A stretch of DNA of 64,000 nt from Stegostoma tigrinum. Its lineage: Eukaryota. The stretch spans positions 29,323,951 through 29,387,950 of the forward strand of contig NC_081380.1 of NCBI RefSeq assembly GCF_030684315.1, in the 5' to 3' direction. Shown in pieces: positions 39,759 to 52,469 of the stretch. The position numbers were made by a program, and so were the translations under genes. The notes under the pieces are model-generated. The model saw only the letters and a program-made list of their open reading frames with translations. It had not been told where the DNA came from and did not search any database. Numbering within the stretch: position 1 is the first letter of the stretch; each line of letters opens with the position of its first letter.

Positions 39759-40524
39759 AATTGAACTGTTTGTGTTAATACGGGAACAAAATGTTGTTCT
39801 CTTTCTGTAAACACAATCAACATTTTGATATCACAGCCATATCATTTACCTCTCTGTTAAAAAGAGCAGCAATTTCAAACTAAGCAGTTAGTAACATCTA
39901 ACCAGTTAGACCTTGCTACCCATGGACATAACAATGGCATATGGGTACATTTAACATCATCTGTAGGTGAGTAATCAAGTCACTCTAATTTCAGGTTAGT
40001 GGGCGAAGGCAACATCAGATATTTTCTGAGAATAGGATCAGCGCTCTTTTCATTCACCTTGGGATATAGAATCCTTTTTTACAGATGTATAAAGATGAGA
40101 CTTCTATAAAACGACATTCAGTCTTTCATCCATTTTATTACCATTTACTCCAGTACAGGTTTCTCCTCCTTAAGAGCTCCTCTTGCTCAATTACTCTCCA
40201 AGCAATGTGAGCCAATGATCCAGGGTTCAAACTAATCTCTGTCAGATAACCAAAGATTGTTCATGTAGCATCACTATTGATTGCTTCAAAACAAAAAAGT
40301 CTCATTTCGATGTCCTGTTCATAGCATGAGCCTAAAATGCCAAAATTTATACCTGCATTTCAGGATTAGTCTCAGTTTCATCAGGCCTTCATGAGGAAAT
40401 AACAGAAGGGTCAGTTTCATTTAAAAGTAACATTTTTAAAAATACAAAAGTTATGGTAGACTAGACCAGTTCTACCTTTACAACACATCCTGTGTAAGAA
40501 GACTCTGCAAAGATTCTTACTTTC

Positions 40525-41690
40525 AATTTGATTGAGTTTTTTGAAGAAGTAACAAGGAGGATTGACGAGGGCACAGCAGTGGATTTGATCTGGTCAGATC
40601 ACACAGAATAGGGGGAGAACTAGCCTTTTGGACACATAACTAGCTTGAAGGTAGGAAACAGAGGGTACTGGCAAAGGGCTGCTTTTCAGCCTGGAGGCCT
40701 GCGGCCAGCGGTGTGCCACAAGGATCGGTGTTGGGTCCACTGCTTTTTGTCATTTATATAAGTGATTTGGATGTGAACATAGGAGATATGGTTAGTAAGT
40801 TTGCAGACAAGACCAAAATTGGAGGTGTAGTGGACAGTGAAGAAGGTATCTCAGAGTACAACAGGACCTTGATTCGATGGGCAAATGGGCTCAGAAGTGG
40901 CAGATAAAGTTTAATATGGATAAATGTGAGGAGCTACATTCTGGAAAAGCAGACTAGGACAGGACTTATACACTTAATGGTAAGGTCTTAGGGAATGTTG
41001 CAGAACAAAGACCTTGGAGTGCAGGTTCATATTTACTTGAAGAGGAGTTGCAGCTGGATAGCATAGTGAAGAAGGCATTTAGTATGCTTGTCATTATTGA
41101 TCAGTGCATTGTGTATAGGACTCATGTTGTGGTTGTACAGGACATTTGCTAGGTCACTATTGGAATACTGCATGCAATTCTGGTCTTCCTGCTATAGATA
41201 GGATGTTGTGAAACGAGAAAAGGTTCAGAGAAGAATCACAAGAATATTGCTAAGGTTGGAAGGTTTGAGCTATAGGGAGAGGCTGAATAGGCTGAGGCTA
41301 TTTTCCCTGGAGTGTCAGAAGCTAAGGGATGACTTTATAAAATCATGAGGGGCTTGGATAGGGTAATTAGATAAAGGTCTTTTACCTGGGGTGAGGAAGT
41401 CCAAAACAAGACAGTTTAAAGTGAGAGGGGAAAAGGTTTAAAAGGGATGTAAGGGATAACTTTTTCCACGTAGAGGGTTGTGCATGTATGGAATGAGCTG
41501 CCAGAGGAAGTGGGAGATGGGGTACGATTACTACGTTTAAAAAGCACCTGGATGGGTATATGAATAGGAGGGGTTTAACGGGATGTGGGCCAAATGCTGG
41601 AAAATAGGAGTAGATTTATTTAGGATATCTAGTCAGCGTGGATGAGTTGAAATGAAGGGCTGTTTCCATTCTATACAGTTATATGACTCT
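40525..41690 (+). mobile_element. CR1 RT fragment to 3' end (decayed)
   Basis: PQGSVLGPLLFVIYISDLD...KFADKTKIGG; LEYCMQFWS; tail atatgactct. Confidence 0.92.
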
Positions 41691-42526
41691 AATTGTAGGA
41701 CTTAACCTCTCTGCCCAGAGATCATTTGTCTTTTTGATCTTACTGTTAGTGAAAACACAGGGACCACAAGGAAAACTTTTGTACATAATAAGCTCTTTGC
41801 AAATTTCCTGATAAGCAAAAAAGTTTTTCATCCATCTCACATATCAAATCCTAGTCTGGACTTGCGCATGGTGAGGGACAATTTATTAGAGACGGAAGTG
41901 GGAAGATTTCTATCCTTAATATTTAATTTGTAATTTACGACCAATAGAAGTAGTAATAACGAAAACAGATGTTTATCCACTAGGTTTTGGGACCAAGGTT
42001 TCAGCAATGAAGTACCAACTCTGTTAGAGGAAAATAAAGCAAGATTTCAATGAGGTAATATTTCTTGTTCAATTGGTTAAGGTACTCAGTACTACTGTAT
42101 TAACAATCATCCAAAGCAGGAACTATGAACTCCTAAATGTTTATGGATATACATTTGATTCATAGACTAAACACTGGAAAATGAAATTAGGTAGGATGGT
42201 TCATTTCTCGACCAGTGCAGACACAATGGGCAATGTTTTGTGCTATAATAAATGTCCTATGATTCTATTCTTTCAGCACAAGTTATCCAAACCGATGTCT
42301 TCATAGTTTATTGCGTACCTTGAGCAATGTGTGTCTTACCTCAACCCAAATCCATCTTTAGCAGTTGATATACAGAAAGAGTTCCTGCTCAAATATTCTG
42401 AAGTTGGAAGCAGTGTGGAAGACTGTAGATCAGAGAATTCTTGAAGCTTTAGAAAAAGAGTCCAGGTTTTGATCAGTATCGTGATGTCAGATTGCCATAT
42501 TGTATGGAGGATCATCATGCACATAT

Positions 42527-42553
42527 TTGAATTGAATTGAATTGAATTGAATT
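42527..42553. repeat. (GAATT)n microsatellite
   Basis: tgaattgaattgaattgaattgaatt. Confidence 0.9.
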
Positions 42554-44104
42554 CGTTTTATTGTCACATATACTCAAACGTGTAGAGTGAAAAGTTTATA
42601 CATCACCGCTTACAGTGCCATCTTAGATACAAAATATACCTATATAAAGCTTCTTTAGTCACAAGATCTCTGAAAATAGAGAAACAAAATATCCAGCATT
42701 GCAGAAATAAAAGTCCAGAACAGTGGTTTTCCAACCCAGGCTGGCCCTGGCTCCAGATGGCACTGGGCTTCACTGTGAGAATCATGAGATTGCTCTGGTA
42801 TTGCCTCAAGACTGGATGACCGTGCTGAGGCTATACCAGGCTGAGAAACCAACACGCTGGTCCGAGAGGATGCCATATCGTGCCCCATAACCGTTTTCTT
42901 ATCACTTATTTTACTCTGTAAAAGGTAACTAAATACAAGTAGCTGTTGATAAATTGCAGCTTTTTCAACGCTCAGAACCTTCAAGTTTAATTAAGCTGGT
43001 TGTGGTGTTTCTCTCAGTGCTTCTGGTGGTCAAGCAGTGTCCAGCCTATCTCTTCATAAGCTGTGCAGGATGATTCAAAAGCCTAAGTTAGGCATCACTA
43101 ATTAAAGACCCAAAGGGGACTTAAAAAATAAATTCAATTGCAGTTCCTTATACAATTGATCAAAGACCTGATCCTAGATGAGGCATCTATGACTTTTACT
43201 GGACCTCCCTGCTGTCAGAATGTCTTGTATTAGTGGGAATTAATTGGGTGGGAAAAGCAATGTGATTGAAAATTTCTTTGTAAAACAAATGGCAGAAAAA
43301 TAGGACAGCAAATGACATATGAGTTTATTGTCCTCATGTTGTCAAATGATTATTGTACAGCAGGGCCACAGATTGGCAGCAGATTAGTGTCAACGCTGAA
43401 TCAGTTAATCTACCCCGACTGCAACAACTGAGCTGTTCCGAAAAGGATTTGCTGTGTGCATCTGCTGCAAAGAAGTTATTCTGACAGCCATTCGAGAAAC
43501 AGCAGGCTCACCATTACAAAAACGTAAATGGTACTCTATGCATAAATAAAATTTCAATATTCATGAACATTAGTTTCATAATAATACAGGAAGAGATATA
43601 CAACAATATCAACATTGGCAACATGCCACTTTTATTAAGCTGCCTCAGGGCAATAGTCTACAGCTATAGTTTGCACTGTGTTGAGTTTCTAATACTGTTT
43701 ATGTGAAGTGTTCCATGTAATTTATTTAAGGAAGCAATCATGTTTTGAGCTGAGAAAGCACATCAAAAAGCTCAATTTCTGTCAGATAATTGAGTTTCAT
43801 GTTAACCAAGACATGAACAAAGAAAGCTAATTAAATATGTGCCTCTTCGCTTTTGTTTAGCCATCTCAGAAAGAAAAAAAATGCGTCAGTAATAAATGCA
43901 ATGTCATCTTTTCATTTAGCCAATATTCTCGGTAAAAGGCAGTGATAGAGGAGAATTAAGACACAAATTTGAAACGTTAAACACTATTGTTATGACCAGA
44001 TGACAAAAGGTAAACTGACTTCCCTCTTTTTAACCCAATTCAGCTGGCTGTAAAGATTTTTAATTCTCACGAGATCAAAATGAAGGAGCCATTCACAAAG
44101 TTTG

Positions 44105-44490
44105 AGTCACATGGCACAGAAGAGGGCCTTCTGCCTGCCAAAGCTGCACTTTCAAAAAATTACTCTAAATCTACGTTCATCCCACTTTCCAGCACTTGGC
44201 TCATAGCCATGAATGCAATGACATTTCAACTGCACATCCACACATTTTTTTTTTAAAAGAGGTGGTGAGTGTTCCCCCTCTACCTTGTTCTGAGGAAGGG
44301 TTACCAGACCTGAAACATTAACTCTGATTTCTCTTCACAGAAGCCACCAGACCTGCCGAGCTTTTCCAGCAATTTGTTTTAGTCCTCCCTCTACTACATG
44401 CGCAGGCAGTGCACTCCAGATTCCCACCATCCTCTAGGTGAAAAATACTTTCCTCAATTCCCCTCTGAACTTCCTGTCTTAATATCAATA
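44105..44490 (-). mobile_element. Old CR1 3' fragment containing a PLE terminus with HHR relic (44288-44381, +)
   Basis: QEVQRGIEESIFHLED(G) ORF; inserted ctgaggaagggttaccagacctgaaacattaac. Confidence 0.6.
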
Positions 44491-44564
44491 TCCACTGAAT
44501 CTTTTTCACAGTGGTTATAACTTATTACCTCTGACTACTTAAAAATCAATTTTAAAAAAAAATT

Positions 44565-45127
44565 TGTTCACAGGACAAGGGCGTTGGCCAGTAACATCTC
44601 CAATTGCCCAGAGGGCAGTTAAAAGTCAATTTAAAGTGGAAATGAGGAGACATTTCTTCAGCCAGAGAGTGGTGGGCCTGTGGAATTCATTGCCACAAAG
44701 CGCGGTGGAGGCTGGGACGTTAAACATCTTCAAGGCAGAGACTGATAAATTCTTGATCTCGCAAGAAATTAAAGGGCTATGGGGAGAGTGCAGGGAAGTG
44801 GAGTTGAAATGCCCATCAGCCACGATTAAATGGCAGAGTGTACTCGATGGGCCGAATAGCCTTACTTCCACTCCTATATCTTATGGTCTTAAACACATTG
44901 CTGCAGGTCTAGAGTCACATGTGGTAAGGATGGCAGTTTCCTTCCCTGAAGGACATTAATGAACCAGATGGGTTTTTCATGACAATCGATTCATAAAATT
45001 CCAGATTTCTATTGAATTCACAATTCACCATCTGCTACGGCAGGATTCAAACCCAGATTCCCCAGACCATTCTCTGGGCCCAGGATTAACAGTCTAGCGA
45101 TAATACCACTAGACCATCAGCTGCCCT
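44565..45127 (-). mobile_element. tRNA-SINE (same family as 395-710) split by a CR1 3' end (44628-44890, +)
   Basis: ccttccctgaaggacattaatgaaccag core; CR1 FKVEMRRHFFSQRVVGLWNSLP with tail ctatatcttatggtctt. Confidence 0.85.
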
Positions 45128-45554
45128 GTATATAAAACCTTTCTCAGTTAAGTCTATCGTGTATTATCAAGACTTTCTCTGCCTCATCAAATGCATGTCT
45201 ACTTTAATTGAACCTATATTTTAAATATTGTCACGATGGTGATAAAAAGGGGTTATGAATTTTCATCTGATTCTAATACCCAAGGTGTCTTAAATAATCT
45301 CCTTAAAACTTCTGAGTGAATGAGGGAATTTATTAATTACTAGCCCTGAGAAAAAATAAATAACTACAACAAACACAGATATAAAAGTTTAATGATGGTG
45401 AGAGTGTGTGGTACAAAAAAGACAGAGAATAGGCCGTTTAAAAAGTTTTGAGCTCTTAAGATGACAGGTTTTAACCTGATGTGATTTAAATCCTCAGCAA
45501 CAGTTAAATTTTGATATCTTTGGAGTTCCCAGCGAATGGACACCAAACAGAAAT

Positions 45555-45687
45555 AGGGGACAGGGGAGGTGGAGAGACAGAGGGGGGTTTGGGGGAAGAG
45601 ACAGGGGAGTGAGAGAGACAGAGAGGGGGGAAGAAGTAAATGAGGGGAGAGAGCAAGACCAAGAAGTGACAGGGTGAGAGAGGGTGT

Positions 45688-45737
<50 letters not shown>

Positions 45738-45755
45738 GAGAGAGAGAGAGAGGAG
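45555..45755. repeat. Polypurine tract ending in a (GA)n microsatellite
   Basis: (ga)n run at ~45692-45751. Confidence 0.92.
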
Positions 45756-47709
45756 ATTCCCCTATCCTTCATTAAATATAGATCACTTGTGTATTCCTAC
45801 ATCAGACTTCATTCTATTTCTTGCTGAATAAACTGCAGACAAAAGACATACAGATTGGAGTTCAAAGCCTTTTAATAATGAGAATAAATTGCCTCAGTCT
45901 GGGTGGTATTTATTGATAATTCCATGAGCTTGGTTCAGTCTGGTCAGGGGACAGTACAGCCACCTTAATCAGTGTTTTCCATTTTAAAAAATATGGCACC
46001 CAAAGTATTAAAATCAGATGTTGAAATTTGTAAATTGATGGTCCATTTTTACCACCAGCATGACAATATTAAAATATAGGTTCGATCATAGTAAAACATG
46101 CACTTGATGAGGCAGAGAACATCACGATGGACTTAATTGACAAAATGTTTTAATATATTGACTTTTATAAAGTAATCCATGTTAAAGAGTTATGGCTGCA
46201 GTAAATGGATTCCACAGATAGTGATGCTAACCTTTACAATTGAGTAGCTAAGAACTGCAGATCCTGTTTGAAACAAAAACAGAAAATGTTGAAAACACAA
46301 AGATCAGTAAGAACATGTGGAGAGAGAAAATACATGTAATGTTTCAGGTCAATTATCCTTTGCTTCTATATCTTTTTTCGCTGACACTTGTTGAATGAGG
46401 TGCTTAAGTAATTCATGACTGCATTTGCACTACAAATCGCCAAAATGTCTTTCATCCAATGTCAAAACGTTATTTTTTAAATCTGACATTCTCACTTCTC
46501 TGTTGCAGAGATAGTCCCTGACTCCAGCATTACAGAATTTGGATGTAATTAATCACATTGGACTGATACTGCAATCAGAGTGGACTCAAGTTACAACTGC
46601 ATATTGGCAAGACTATGAATTTGTTTCAGAAAGTCAATGAATGTTAGATTTGAATAGAGAAGATCAATATTTTGAGCCATAAGACAAGCTTTTCATGGTT
46701 AATGCACAGTTAATAGTCTAGCTGCAATTCATATGACACTTCAAGATCTAGTCAAATATAACCATTTTCATCCAAGAGTTATTTGGCCTTCCTCCCAGTT
46801 TCTGTTCTGTCATTATCGTCCACGTGGCCACTGCTCCACCTCTGTTACAGACTTGATGGGTTGAATGGCGTCCTTAGGAACTGTAAAATTCTATGATTCT
46901 ATTTTATTTTCAACTCCAAATCTAGCGGTTCCACTTACTTGGATGTATTTACTGTGCCAGATTTCTCTGCTTGCCTATCAACATTTCGGCTGCAGCCTCT
47001 GAATTTTTTTGCACATCCCAAATAAACTTTGCCCAAGTTCTTGCTTGGAATATTCGCTGCCAAAACCCCTGCACTGTTTGGTTTATTATTTAGGGTTTAA
47101 TCTATTCACTAGACCTTCCCTTTCAAGACTTTCCCTTTCAAGAATTTTCTCTCCCGTTCAACTACAAAGATTTCTTCATACAGATCAGTTGATTTTTTTT
47201 GCTGCTGTCTCTGGTGTACTGGTTTTCAACCTGTTTCCTCTCCCACAGGTATACTATGAAATCTAATGAGACATACTTGTTTCTGTGGGGTTTCTGAATT
47301 TCTGGAGGCCTCAGGAGTAGGATGGTCCTTTTAGGAATCTGAAGTGAACGGATGGAAAATTTCATGCCTTTCTTTAAATCTAGCTTGGTGATAAAAAGTT
47401 CTGATAATACAGTTAAGCTCTTCTTTTACATTGGAATAAAACCATGGGTTAAGTGAAAGAAAAATCATTTATTTCCTTAGGATCACAATGTCCTGGAGCT
47501 GTTTTAGGGGGTATGCATTATTTAATAGCCCTGAAAGACAGGAACAAAATATCGCCAGCTCCACATGTTATTCACATGTTATCCCACTCTTAATAGAACT
47601 CAAAGAAGTGGAAAGAAATGGGGTCAAGTCTATAATGAAAGCAGTCAGCTGTAGCATTCTTGATGTCTCCTATCAGTCAAGAAAAAGCACAAGAACTGAG
47701 AGAGATGGG

Positions 47710-47848
47710 AGATAATGGGAACTGCAGATGCTGAAGAATCTGAGACAACAAAGTGTGGAGCTGGACGAACACAGCAGGCCAAGCAGCATCTGCTCCTAAG
47801 ATGCTACTTGGCCTGCTGTCTTCATCCAGCTCCACGCTCGGTTGTCCC
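47710..47848. mobile_element. Fold-back PLE mini-element with centre (both HHRs) deleted
   Basis: cagcaggccaagcagcatct-gctcct-aagatgctacttggcctgctg. Confidence 0.8.
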
Positions 47849-47961
47849 TAAAACCGAGACAGAATTTGTTTGTCTCCTGCCCTTTATTCACCTGGACATA
47901 GTGTAATGATCAATAAAGAAAAATACAAATACAACACTTCTGATACAACAATCAAGAAAAA

Positions 47962-48220
47962 GGGCCTGCTCTCTTATTAGAGAGACATGACTGGTGGTGG
48001 TTTAACCAGAGGGTCACCGCATCTCAGGCTAAGGGAGATTTTGAAAAGTAGAGTCCTTCATGGTAACCTCAACCGTTGCGGGGTTTAAACCCATGCTGTT
48101 GACACAATTCTGCATTTCAAACTTCACAACCCTGGTTAGCTCAGTAAAATTGGATGGCTGGTTTGAGATGCAGAGTGGGTTTAATTCCTGCACATCTTAT
48201 CATGAAGGATTCTTTTTGTG
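47962..48220. mobile_element. Head-to-head pair of a tRNA-derived SINE
   Basis: Minus copy ...tccttcatggtaacctcaacc...aaaccc...ctgcatttcaaac; plus copy ggttagctcag...gtttgagatgcagagtgggtttaattcc...catgaaggattct. Confidence 0.55.
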
Positions 48221-48689
48221 CCATAAATTGTCCTATTGGACAATGGTGACTTTACTTATTTACTGACCAAGAAAATCAGTTGGCAAATCACCTACAGAGG
48301 ATAGAATGCAGTAAATAATGTAGATTTATAATTCCAATAGCACTGCCTTTGTGACCAGTAAGAACTTGGAATGTTTAAGTCATTAAAAGAAGTGACCAAA
48401 ATATAATTGAGGTGGAATTTTACAATTTGCAGTTCGTGTTTCATGGGCCTTGTCTGCAATGACTCAATGATTTTACCCATGCAATCTTCTACTCTTCACC
48501 TCTTTAACTGTGTATCTGGGCTAAAGAGTTCCTTTCACAGGAATCACACAGCAAAGAGGCAGTGTACTCATCACTGTTGGGCCCTTTTGGCTTTCACATC
48601 CCTGGCACCATATTTAAAAGCCCAGCTGCACACCATGTCAGATGATGCAAGCCAAGAACTTACACACCCACACCATTATTAACAAAAGC

Positions 48690-48912
48690 ATGGCCTTAAG
48701 GGAAGGGAAGTTTAGTCTCCATTTTTTGGATAATGGCCTGGCAGACAGGATATTAGAAAGGAGGGCAGTCCTTTTTCTTGTGGACCTCCACAGGAGACGG
48801 CAACACCAGGCCAAGCCAGCCCTGGCACAAACTGCTGCCCAGGTTAGTGCTATGAAGCCAAACATCCACCCATGCAGGAAAGAAGGTCAACGATCTTGTG
48901 CATGATGTAGGA
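48690..48912 (+). pseudogene. Myb/SANT-like DNA-binding ORF relic of a PIF/Harbinger transposon
   Basis: HFLDNGLADRILERRAVLF...AKPALAQTAAQVSA...CRK/KVNDL (frameshift), followed by a gtaagt donor-like site. Confidence 0.6.
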
Positions 48913-50522
48913 GTAAGTGCCACTATCTTCTCTTTGCTACCTCACACTCTCAGAGTCACCATTAACTCTTTCACTGGACACATCTTTCATCAGGGACCAT
49001 GGTCCACAACTCTTAGTATTGCAAGTATCATGTCAGCTCAACAGCTCTCACTCACCTCATCCTAAAACCACTACCCACTTCCTGCCTCCGCGCATCCTAC
49101 TCATTGACTCACTAGGGATACCTTATCACCTCGTCAGATCATCCATCACCACTAACTGCTCTTCCATTTACTTCCATCATACTCAAACATTCCCTTTGTC
49201 ACATTGCAGGAAAATTAGTCCATTCCCCACAGTATCCTAAATGTCCTACTTATCCCCAGACTGGCTGCACTTGACCTGAAGGACTAACTGGGGCCTAATC
49301 TCGGAGATGCAAGGTTGAAGATCCCTGGACTTTCATCAGGCCAAACCTCTGTACTGGCATTGGACAAGCCCTTGACTAACTGAGGGGTGACAGACCATGG
49401 TGCCTTTCACACAGTTAAGAACTACACTGCCTCTTAAAATTTTCACAAATGGCTACTTGACTGAAGTGCATGCAGTGTGTTTGCTATGCAAATGGCTAGT
49501 ACATGCAGATGTGACATTGACACAGTACAGTTGTCATACAGCAAAATGGTCATCCCTTTGACTGTTCAATTCTCCGGCTATGAAAAGCTGCCTGTCCCTC
49601 ATTTACAGACTGCAAGCCACGCAGGTTGGCACTGAGCACTGAAGACCCCGTGCACTAAAAAAGCAACGTAACCCACCTAGATGTTGGCAGCCAGTTAGCA
49701 ATGAAATCAGTGACTACGTGCAAAGAAAGCAATGCAAAGTAGACAGACTAGCAGCCTCCAAGTAAGCACAAAGTGACCGAGTGTTAACAAAATAAGCTAA
49801 GACCCATAAGATGTATCCTCTGTCGATGCATCCTACGTAGATACCTGAGCCATGTGCAGACTTGTATGCAAAATGACCTGCCGGAAGCATGCTACTTGTA
49901 GGTATCCATCAGTTCCATAGCAAAATGTTGAAGGGCTGATGTGGTGTCACAGTGTTGGTCCAAAAGCAGGCATGATGTATTGAGGCTGGTAGTTTGCCAC
50001 TGTCGACTTGCATTGAAGAAGGGTTGAGAAAGCTGGCAATCATAGCACTTACAGATCTCTTGTTGCAGCTAGATGATGGACAAGACAAGCATTTGGTGAG
50101 CTGCAGCCATCAGCTCTGATCTACATCAGTATTCAGTGCCATCTCATCCCTCACAGTAGAGTAGCATTGGAAGTAAAATATAACTCAGATGAGTTATGCC
50201 TTAATGAGATGAGAATACATGGAAATAATGCAATCCTCACTGAATAGCAAGATTCTCAAGTTGCCATTTAGGGATCAAGGGAAAAAAAGTGTGATTTCTT
50301 TTTAAAATAGAGAGATTCTGATTTTTTTTCATCTCTCCTAAGAAGGAATAGGTCCAAAACAATTAAGAAGTTGTTGTACAAAATGATATTTCAAACAAGG
50401 TCTTCAAGTAAATCTGTACTCAATAATATGTAGACCTAAGCAAGTTAAGTAAACAAAAATCTATAGTCAATGGCTAACCTTGAGAATTGGTGAAAGACTT
50501 AAACAATATTGAAATATACAAT

Positions 50523-50622
50523 AACAAAAACAGAAGTTGCTGGAAAAGCTCAGCAGGTCTGGCAGCATCGAAGATGAAAAAGAAATCAGTTAACATTTCG
50601 GGTCAGGTGACCCTTCCTCAGT
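50523..50622 (-). mobile_element. Older PLE terminus with HHR motif
   Basis: CUGAGGA-A-GGGUC(ACCU)GACCC-GAAAUGUU; TSD aatatacaat (50513, 50623). Confidence 0.75.
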
Positions 50623-51811
50623 AATATACAATTGCATAGTCCCCTTCTCCATCCTCAACTTTCTTGTTTTATTCCTGTAGTTCCTCAGTCCTAAACCTAT
50701 TTATTCATGCTTCATGTATGAACAGAAAGCAAGAGGTACTTGGCAATTTTGAAGCAGGACATTCAAACAATATACTTTGGCAAACTGGGAATAGTGCTGA
50801 TGAGAGGAAAAGCCTGTTTGAGAACCAAACCTACTGAGCTGTTGTAAAACAGCAAAATCAGACCGTGCTATCAAGAAGTAGAAAAAGACCTTGTGAGGCT
50901 AAAGACTACATCAGTGTGAATGACGGCTTGACAAGATTACACAAAACACAATAGGCCTCTCTAATCCCGACAAAGTTTTTCAACTAGCCTTTTTTGTTCC
51001 AGCTTTCCAATCAATTGTTTCTGTCATCTTCACAAGATGGAATTTGCACAAAGTGTAAAATTGGAAGTACCATGTGACGTTTACGCTCAAGTTTGAAACA
51101 AAAATGCATCAAGATCAAAGACTATGAATAGATCATTGAAGTCTTGCAAAATCCAGTTCATCATTGAAAGGAGATATAAAAGAAGTTGTTTAAGTAGCCT
51201 GATGACTACAAGACAACTGTCCGATCTTTTAGGGGTCATCACTTACTTTATCTAAATGTCAGTACATAGAAGGGACCTTCTCTCCCCATTTCCAGGGTAC
51301 CACGGGGTGTCCTGATTGCTGCCAATCCCAACATCTCCCCACCACCCTGTTCTTATGGTCAGCAGCAATCATCCACTCCATATCATGGTAAAAGTGTCCC
51401 TTATTATCTTTCATAAATTGTTCACCCTGACTGCAGACAAGGAAGGAACCCCAACCAGCATTTCAGGAGAGTTGTGGCCGAGAAACTCACAAGAAGCCTA
51501 CAGCTGTAGAGGAAACTCAGTCAGTCTTCGAGAGAATATCTGTATGCTGAGAATCAAATGCAAAGGATCATAATTTATTTCAAAAACATACATGCAACCA
51601 ATTAACAGGGAATCACATTTCTATGGTGGTTATACGATCATTTACACAGGCATAGCATTGCTAAACTGTCTTCATTGTTAAAATACTGACCAAGGGCAGA
51701 ACGAGGTGTACTCTATTACTAAGTAGACTAAGAAGAGCTTGTAATCTGTTTGTAATGTGTAGGTGTGTGGTCTACCGGTAGCTATATGGACATTTGTGTA
51801 ACTACTGGTGT

Positions 51812-51940
51812 GAGAGATAGGAGGAACTGCAGATACTGGAGAATCTGAGATAACAAGGTGTAGAGCTGGATGAACACAGCAGGCCAAGCAGCAGAGGAGC
51901 AGGAAAGCTGATGTTTTGGGCCTAGACCCTTCTTCAGAAA
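51812..51940 (-). mobile_element. Solo PLE terminus (mutated HHR)
   Basis: Matches the 4708/19636 subfamily. Confidence 0.85.
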
Positions 51941-52469
51941 AAATGAGAGTTCTGTTTATCATCTGGATCAGCTGATAAAATGTTTATTCTAAGCCATACA
52001 TAGACAATAGTAGAGTAGAATTTTGCATAGCATGTGTCTGATCCAGAAAAGCATAATATTAAATTCAGATATTTGAGTGTGTTGATTATTTCTCAATGGT
52101 CTCATTTCCAAACTGTCAAGTAACCTATCAAATGTATAAGACATCATCTTCTACAACCAAGGCAGCAATTGTCAGTGGTTGATTTAACACACAGAACTGA
52201 AACCCAGCCTTTTTTTCTGCTCTTCACCATCTGCACAACTATTTGACTGAGGACTGAGATCACTATTTTGTAGTCAGTGGAAAATCTGACCACTTATTCC
52301 TTCTAACACACCAACCAAAACTCTGACTGAGATCAGCGATCTCAACAAAGATCAAGGATGGAGGCTTAAGCATTTGCGGGCTCTGTGTTGACCAGTCATG
52401 CACTTTCCAACCTAACAAAATGAGTAAAATTACAAATAAATAAACAACACATCCCACTTCCTACAGACA

